From a plasmid, in sequence record AP029161.1: a stretch of DNA of 64,000 bases. The stretch is one strand, 5' to 3'. Both the position numbers and the translations under genes were made by a program. Of this stretch, positions 59,276-64,000 are shown piece after piece. Position 1 is the first letter of the stretch. The number at the start of each line of letters is the position of its first letter. The notes under the pieces were generated by a model that was given only the letters and a program-made list of their open reading frames with translations, made no database searches and had not been told where the DNA came from.

Positions 59276-59478
59276 AATATAACAAAATAGATAAAAGAAA
59301 AAACAAGAAGCTATTAGAATATTATATTATGGCAATTGAAAAATTTGGAAATATTTCTACCGTATCAAAACATTCCAAAATTTCTAAAAGCACTCTAAAG
59401 AAAATTTCTCTTGGTGAAAATCCAACAACAAGAACATATCAAAAATTAGAAAATTTTGTCTTAAACCTTGAGTCTTAA
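59272..59478 (+). CDS. small HTH-like regulator
   Basis: …FGNISTVSKHSKISKSTLKKI…. Confidence 0.35.
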   Translation: MKYNKIDKRKNKKLLEYYIMAIEKFGNISTVSKHSKISKSTLKKISLGENPTTRTYQKLENFVLNLES

Positions 59479-59496
59479 TTATAAAAGGATTTTAAA

Positions 59497-60126
59497 ATGA
59501 CTGCATTGTCCTCAAAAAATGAAAACGAAGCTTTAGAAATATTGTTAACTAATTTAGATGAAACAAAAACTATAACTGATGAATTTTTAGCAGAATTCGC
59601 TGGAGTCAGAAAGGACAATTTTAATCGGCGAGCCGATCAGCTAATTTCAATGGATGTAATCGGTAATTTTAATAAAGTAACAATTGAGAATCTGAATAAC
59701 ATTGGACATATTAATAAAAAAATAATCAGAAAATATTCTCTTCCTGATGTTATCCTTGTTTTGAGCCAATATGAAAACTCCTATCAAAGAAGAGCATTAA
59801 AAATATGTAGGCTAGCTCTACAGAAGTTTGTTAACGAGTCTGTGCAAACCTGTACTAATTTAATGCCCAGAAATTCAACAATTCCAGCTCCTCTTTACGC
59901 TGAAAATATTTTTGGTGAATTGGTAAAAGTAGGATCGACAACTAAAAATATTTTGGACTTGAGTTATGAAGATTTAATTGAAGCAAAGCTTTCGCATATC
60001 CAAAAAATTATAATCGGATTAAATAAAAAACAGAAACAATTCAGTGAAGAACTCTTACAAATAAAAAATTCAAAATTAAACAAAATATCGAAAGTTGTAA
60101 AAGAATTAAAAGCTTGTGGCGTTTGA
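59497..60126 (+). CDS. hypothetical protein
   Basis: ORF only. Confidence 0.35.
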   Translation: MTALSSKNENEALEILLTNLDETKTITDEFLAEFAGVRKDNFNRRADQLISMDVIGNFNKVTIENLNNIGHINKKIIRKYSLPDVILVLSQYENSYQRRALKICRLALQKFVNESVQTCTNLMPRNSTIPAPLYAENIFGELVKVGSTTKNILDLSYEDLIEAKLSHIQKIIIGLNKKQKQFSEELLQIKNSKLNKISKVVKELKACGV

Positions 60127-60255
60127 AATTAGCCCAAAAACTAGAGTGGCCAGCGCATGCCGCTGACCCCTACTCGATTACCGAAATGCTATAAAGCATA
60201 CAGAACTATAGAATAACATGTAGTTTTGTAAAAGCAATACGAAAGTTAAAAATCT

Positions 60256-61215
60256 ATGAATGCTTCATTTATAAAGCTATCGTTTCCATTAAGTGCAAAA
60301 TTGGGGATACCTAAAGCATTAATTTTACAACGCATTTGCGACTGGATTAGATATAATAAGACTAAAAAAAATATGAATATTAATGGAAATGTATGGGTCT
60401 ATAGATCTGCAAAAGAGCTTGCAGATGATTTAGATGGCAATTTTTCCATTAGATCTATTGAAAGACATTTAAATTCTCTTATTAAAAACGGTTGGATAAT
60501 AAAAGAAAACTTTAATAAAAATACTTTTGATAGGACCTGTTGGTATACGGTCAATGCAAAAAAAATAAAGGAAACTTTTAATAATTGGGAACTTGAAACA
60601 AACTTTAAAGATTCTGACCTAATTGATGATCTCGATCCGTCACATCTGTCGGATTCGTGTCCGACAGATGTGACGGATCGAGATCATCAAGTTGTCGGAA
60701 TGGATTCCGACAATCATGAAAATCTCCCTATATATAATAAAAGAGAAGAAATAAAAGAAGAAAAAAAGAAGAAGATTGCAAAAAAAGAAAATTCTTGCTT
60801 GAAAGAAAAAAAACTTAATGAACGAGCCTCTCAAATGCTTAAGTCAGGGATTGAGGCTTATGTCAAAGCTTATGAGTATCGTTACAAAGCAAAATTTCTT
60901 GATTTTCCCACTCTGAGTCGCTCAATTCAACAAATCATAAAAAAAATGGGCACATCATTTTCGGAACAAAATTTAATTGATTGCATCAATTGCTATATGC
61001 GCTCTCAAAATTCATGGCATGTAACTAAAGGCCATTCGCCACTTTATCTAGCATCAGATATTCAAGGAATTTTTGCAGCGACTCAGAACAAACAGCAAAT
61101 CAAGACACAAACACAGGCACGCAAGGACGACGTTTCACAGTCAATCGACACTAACATCATCAACGCTATCAACTCGCTTAAAAACGAAAAGAATAATGAA
61201 ATTTTGGAGATTTAA
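60256..61215 (+). CDS. replication-organiser-like protein (wHTH N-terminus) containing a long internal inverted repeat
   Basis: N-terminal …ALILQRICDWIRYNK…SIRSIERHLNSLIKNGWI…. Perfect 29-31-bp arm inverted repeat at 60623-60690 inside the ORF. Confidence 0.45.
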   Translation: MNASFIKLSFPLSAKLGIPKALILQRICDWIRYNKTKKNMNINGNVWVYRSAKELADDLDGNFSIRSIERHLNSLIKNGWIIKENFNKNTFDRTCWYTVNAKKIKETFNNWELETNFKDSDLIDDLDPSHLSDSCPTDVTDRDHQVVGMDSDNHENLPIYNKREEIKEEKKKKIAKKENSCLKEKKLNERASQMLKSGIEAYVKAYEYRYKAKFLDFPTLSRSIQQIIKKMGTSFSEQNLIDCINCYMRSQNSWHVTKGHSPLYLASDIQGIFAATQNKQQIKTQTQARKDDVSQSIDTNIINAINSLKNEKNNEILEI

Positions 61216-61253
61216 ATTTTGATTAGTATTAAAGCAAATCTGGAGATTATTAA

Positions 61254-61463
61254 ATGAGCAAATTAGGAAAGCGATACATTAATGAGATCTGTAAAAATAA
61301 TTGCAGAGCAGGTGAAACAAAAACTTTAGATTCTGTTTGCAAAGAGTTTATTTCATTAAAGACAAAAGCGATTAATAAAAAATACGAATTATTAAAAGCG
61401 ATAGAAGATATCGATGAATTTATTTTATTTTGTGAAGAAAAAATTAGCAATCTTAAAATGTAA
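61254..61463 (+). CDS. small protein, paralog of 61761-61967
   Basis: MSKLGKRYINEICKNN versus MSGLGKQYIANILNNG. Confidence 0.35.
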   Translation: MSKLGKRYINEICKNNCRAGETKTLDSVCKEFISLKTKAINKKYELLKAIEDIDEFILFCEEKISNLKM

Positions 61464-61483
61464 TTAAAAAAAGGATTTTTAAA

Positions 61484-61747
61484 ATGATTTTTATTGATGG
61501 AACATTTAAAGATACAATTCTTAAAAAGTATAAAAGTTTATCTTGTACTCCTAAAAAATGTTCAGCGTGTAAAAAAGAACCATGGGAAAATGGAAAGTTT
61601 GAATTTTGGATTTCAAAAGACAATGTTGGGTACCTTCGAACATGTTTAAAATGTGGAGAAAGTCAGACTTTAGCAACTCCCAAAAAAATAAAAGACCAAA
61701 TTCAACTTAATAAGGTAATTTTTAATCTTACTTCTAAACTTAAATAA
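61484..61747 (+). CDS. Zn-ribbon protein
   Basis: CTPKKCSAC…CLKCGES. Confidence 0.35.
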   Translation: MIFIDGTFKDTILKKYKSLSCTPKKCSACKKEPWENGKFEFWISKDNVGYLRTCLKCGESQTLATPKKIKDQIQLNKVIFNLTSKLK

Positions 61748-61760
61748 AATTGGAACAATT

Positions 61761-61967
61761 ATGAGCGGACTAGGAAAACAATACATTGCAAATATTTTAA
61801 ATAATGGTAGTAAAATTGGCACCACAAGATCGCCTAATCCAAATTATAATTTGACCATTTTATGTAAAGAAAAAGCTTTAAAAAAAATTAATGAACTTTC
61901 TGAAGCAATTGTAGAGTTAGAAAAATTTGTCATTAAATGCGATGAAATAATTAAGGAAATTAAATGA
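61761..61967 (+). CDS. small protein, paralog of 61254-61463
   Basis: See the paralog at 61254-61463. Confidence 0.35.
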   Translation: MSGLGKQYIANILNNGSKIGTTRSPNPNYNLTILCKEKALKKINELSEAIVELEKFVIKCDEIIKEIK

Positions 61968-62350
61968 AAAGTTATAAAACAAAAATTAACAAAGAAATTT
62001 TAGAGCTAGCAAAATCTATAGGCACTGAAATAAGAGTTGCACCTACTTTAAAAGACGCAAATATCGATTGGCTTTCTGAAAAAGATAATGAACTTTTATC
62101 TTTATATACTAACGGAATTATTTTTGTAAAATCCGAATCAAACTACAAGCCAAGAGATTTAAATTTAGTCGTATTGCATGAAATTGGTCATGTTTTTATT
62201 CAACATCATCAAATGAGAGGTTTTAAAATTGAAGATAAGACGGAAGAAATTGCAGCTAATTGTATTTCTTTTTCTTTAGCATATTTGATGGGTTTAAAAG
62301 TTTCAGATCATATGATTGAGCAATTTAATAAATTTAATGAATTAACTTAA
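61964..62350 (+). CDS. ImmA/IrrE-family Zn metallopeptidase (HEIGH)
   Basis: HEXXH motif in LVVLHEIGHVF. Overlaps the preceding small gene. Confidence 0.5.
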   Translation: MKSYKTKINKEILELAKSIGTEIRVAPTLKDANIDWLSEKDNELLSLYTNGIIFVKSESNYKPRDLNLVVLHEIGHVFIQHHQMRGFKIEDKTEEIAANCISFSLAYLMGLKVSDHMIEQFNKFNELT

Positions 62351-62363
62351 GGGGGTAATTAAA

Positions 62364-63032
62364 ATGACTATTACAGCATTCATTGGTCAAGAAACTTCGA
62401 ATTTGTTCTCAAGATTAAGTGTTGATAAAAGGTTTAAATTAAGAGAATCATCTCATGTAATTTCATTTGATATGGTTGTTAGAGCGTATATTGAAGAATT
62501 TTTTTTAAAATTTAAAACTACCAATAAAGAAGAAGAATTGATAATTAATAAATGCAAAGAATTAGCATCGATTTTAGTTGATACAATCAAAGAAGAAAAA
62601 AAAATTTTACAAGGAATAATGGATATAAAAGCAATAATAGAATTAAGTCAAGATTTTGATTTTTTTAATACTAACGAAAATAAATTAATGAAAAAGGATA
62701 AAGTTTTGCAACTATCAGAAGAAAAATGCTCTGAAGTTATTAATGGAATTAGTAGCGGACTGTTTTTTGAATGGCTTGAAGTTGAAATTTTAAAATGCGC
62801 TAATAACGGTTCAAGTTTATTATCATATAAAATCTTATTCGAAGAAAGATATAAATACTCAGGGATAAAATTAAAACTATTTCATTTTGATAGAGAAAAT
62901 AAAATAAACTTTATAATAAAGCATCTAAAAAAACTTAACTATTCAGTTAAAAAAAGAGATATTATAAAAAGAAATATATTTTTTAAAAAGAAAATTGTTG
63001 GATTTAAATTTGAAATATCATGGGATGAATAG
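62364..63032 (+). CDS. hypothetical protein
   Basis: ORF only. Confidence 0.35.
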   Translation: MTITAFIGQETSNLFSRLSVDKRFKLRESSHVISFDMVVRAYIEEFFLKFKTTNKEEELIINKCKELASILVDTIKEEKKILQGIMDIKAIIELSQDFDFFNTNENKLMKKDKVLQLSEEKCSEVINGISSGLFFEWLEVEILKCANNGSSLLSYKILFEERYKYSGIKLKLFHFDRENKINFIIKHLKKLNYSVKKRDIIKRNIFFKKKIVGFKFEISWDE

Positions 63033-63043
63033 GAGATTTTAAA

Positions 63044-63367
63044 ATGACATCTATAGATAATTTTAATGCAGATTATGTAAAAAAACTCGCTTCATTAGAA
63101 GCGCAAAAGGATAATGAAATATTTACAAATGATACTGATAAATTAATAAATATTTTAAAAGATTTAATTTTAAAAGACAAACAGAAAAAATTTGTTCTTG
63201 TTACAAATAATAATTGTCCAGAATTTAGTAGTTATATTAAAAAGCATAACAAAAATAAAAATCTAATAAACTATTTTGAAACTTTAGGCTTCAAAGTGGA
63301 ATTTAATCACACAAATGTAAGATCTTTTAAGGGTGGTGAGTTTTTTTCGCTTAAAATCGAATGGTAA
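63044..63367 (+). CDS. hypothetical protein
   Basis: ORF only. Confidence 0.35.
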   Translation: MTSIDNFNADYVKKLASLEAQKDNEIFTNDTDKLINILKDLILKDKQKKFVLVTNNNCPEFSSYIKKHNKNKNLINYFETLGFKVEFNHTNVRSFKGGEFFSLKIEW

Positions 63368-63394
63368 AATTTATTTAAACTAAGAGGATATTTT

Positions 63395-63859
63395 ATGGAT
63401 AATTTTGAAGAAAGATGTGTCGCTATTATTCGTGAAATTTGTCAGCGTTGTGAAAAAACATTATCCGAAAAGTATATAATTTCATGGCTAAAAAGCTGTA
63501 ATAAACTAGGAGAGAAGAAGGCTTATCTTGCTTTGTCTGAGATTTATAAAAAAGCAAAGCAAGGCTATCAAATTCCCTCTATTTATGAGTTTGAACAGCT
63601 TGCTAATGAAGAAACAGAATCTAATTTATTGATAGCAGATAAAATTGTGCAAGCTATGAGCTTGTTTGGTGGTTATAGAAATGATGAAGCAAAAAAATTT
63701 ATAGGTGAATTGGGTTGGAAAGTTGTACAAAATAATGGAGGCTGGCAAGAAATGTGTTGGTCTGCTAATGTTAAATATATTGATGTACTGAAAAAGAGGC
63801 TTAAACAACAAATTAAAGATGTTAAAAATCAAGATAATAATGTGTTGATGATTTCTTAA
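63395..63859 (+). CDS. hypothetical protein
   Basis: ORF only. Confidence 0.35.
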   Translation: MDNFEERCVAIIREICQRCEKTLSEKYIISWLKSCNKLGEKKAYLALSEIYKKAKQGYQIPSIYEFEQLANEETESNLLIADKIVQAMSLFGGYRNDEAKKFIGELGWKVVQNNGGWQEMCWSANVKYIDVLKKRLKQQIKDVKNQDNNVLMIS

Positions 63860-64000
63860 GTATTTGCTACTCCTATCTATCTGCTTTAGAGAGCAAAGTT
63901 AAGAGATAGGAAAAATAAAATGATTTCAGAAAGCAAGCCTAAATATTCAAAAAACATGCTACCAAATATTGACTATGAAGAGCTAGAAAATCCTACACTT

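Noticed and set aside
1-64000. Integrase and att sites
   Set aside because: No tyrosine or serine recombinase signature was found in any listed ORF and no flanking direct repeats were identified. This is reported as absence within the window, not proof of absence in the element.

Overview
Strongly AT-rich window dominated by prophage or phage-plasmid DNA.

**Left flank (1-6.4 kb).** A partial Gly/Tyr-repeat protein, a Panacea(DUF4065)-Fic toxin-antitoxin pair and a HigB/HigA pair with a palindromic operator. Several antisense accessory genes lead into an early-left operon.

**Main element (about 6.4-47.9 kb).** This is a PBSX-like contractile-tailed phage. It runs from a divergent early control region and small early genes (DnaQ-like exonuclease, Zn-ribbon proteins, an AT-hook histone-H1-like protein) through small and large terminase to the head and tail modules. 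These comprise portal, MuF-like protein, scaffold, capsid, connectors, sheath, tube, a chaperone with a predicted -1 frameshift, a 1170-aa tape measure, a Dam-type methyltransferase and a baseplate module (XkdS/baseplate-J-like genes). It ends with a lysis cassette (M15 endolysin) and a moron region containing a GNAT and a KAP P-loop NTPase. Embedded between the terminase and the portal is a plasmid-type maintenance module: ParB, ParA, a candidate Rep protein and an 11-bp iteron array, flanked by GGGGAACGCGTTCCCC palindromes. No integrase is visible. This suggests an extrachromosomal phage-plasmid lifestyle.

**Second module (47.9-64 kb).** A second, related early/replication region carries an endoV-like gene, a HAD phosphatase, a terminase-ATPase paralog without nuclease domain, SSB, a Gp157-like gene and RecT. 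It continues with a YhhQ-GNAT fusion, a cI/LexA-like repressor, two replication-organiser-like proteins, a dUTPase carrying an inserted Xis-type HTH, and an ImmA-like metallopeptidase.

**Recurring DNA motifs.** An 18-bp motif, TTAATTTAGACAGTCCGT, sits at six late-operon starts. A conserved leader, CCCwwwGGGAGAACTGAA-ATG, occurs at six early genes in two homologous divergent control regions. A 16-bp palindrome, ACAGTCAATTGACTGT, occurs twice, 19 kb apart.

No rRNA, tRNA or CRISPR array was recognised.
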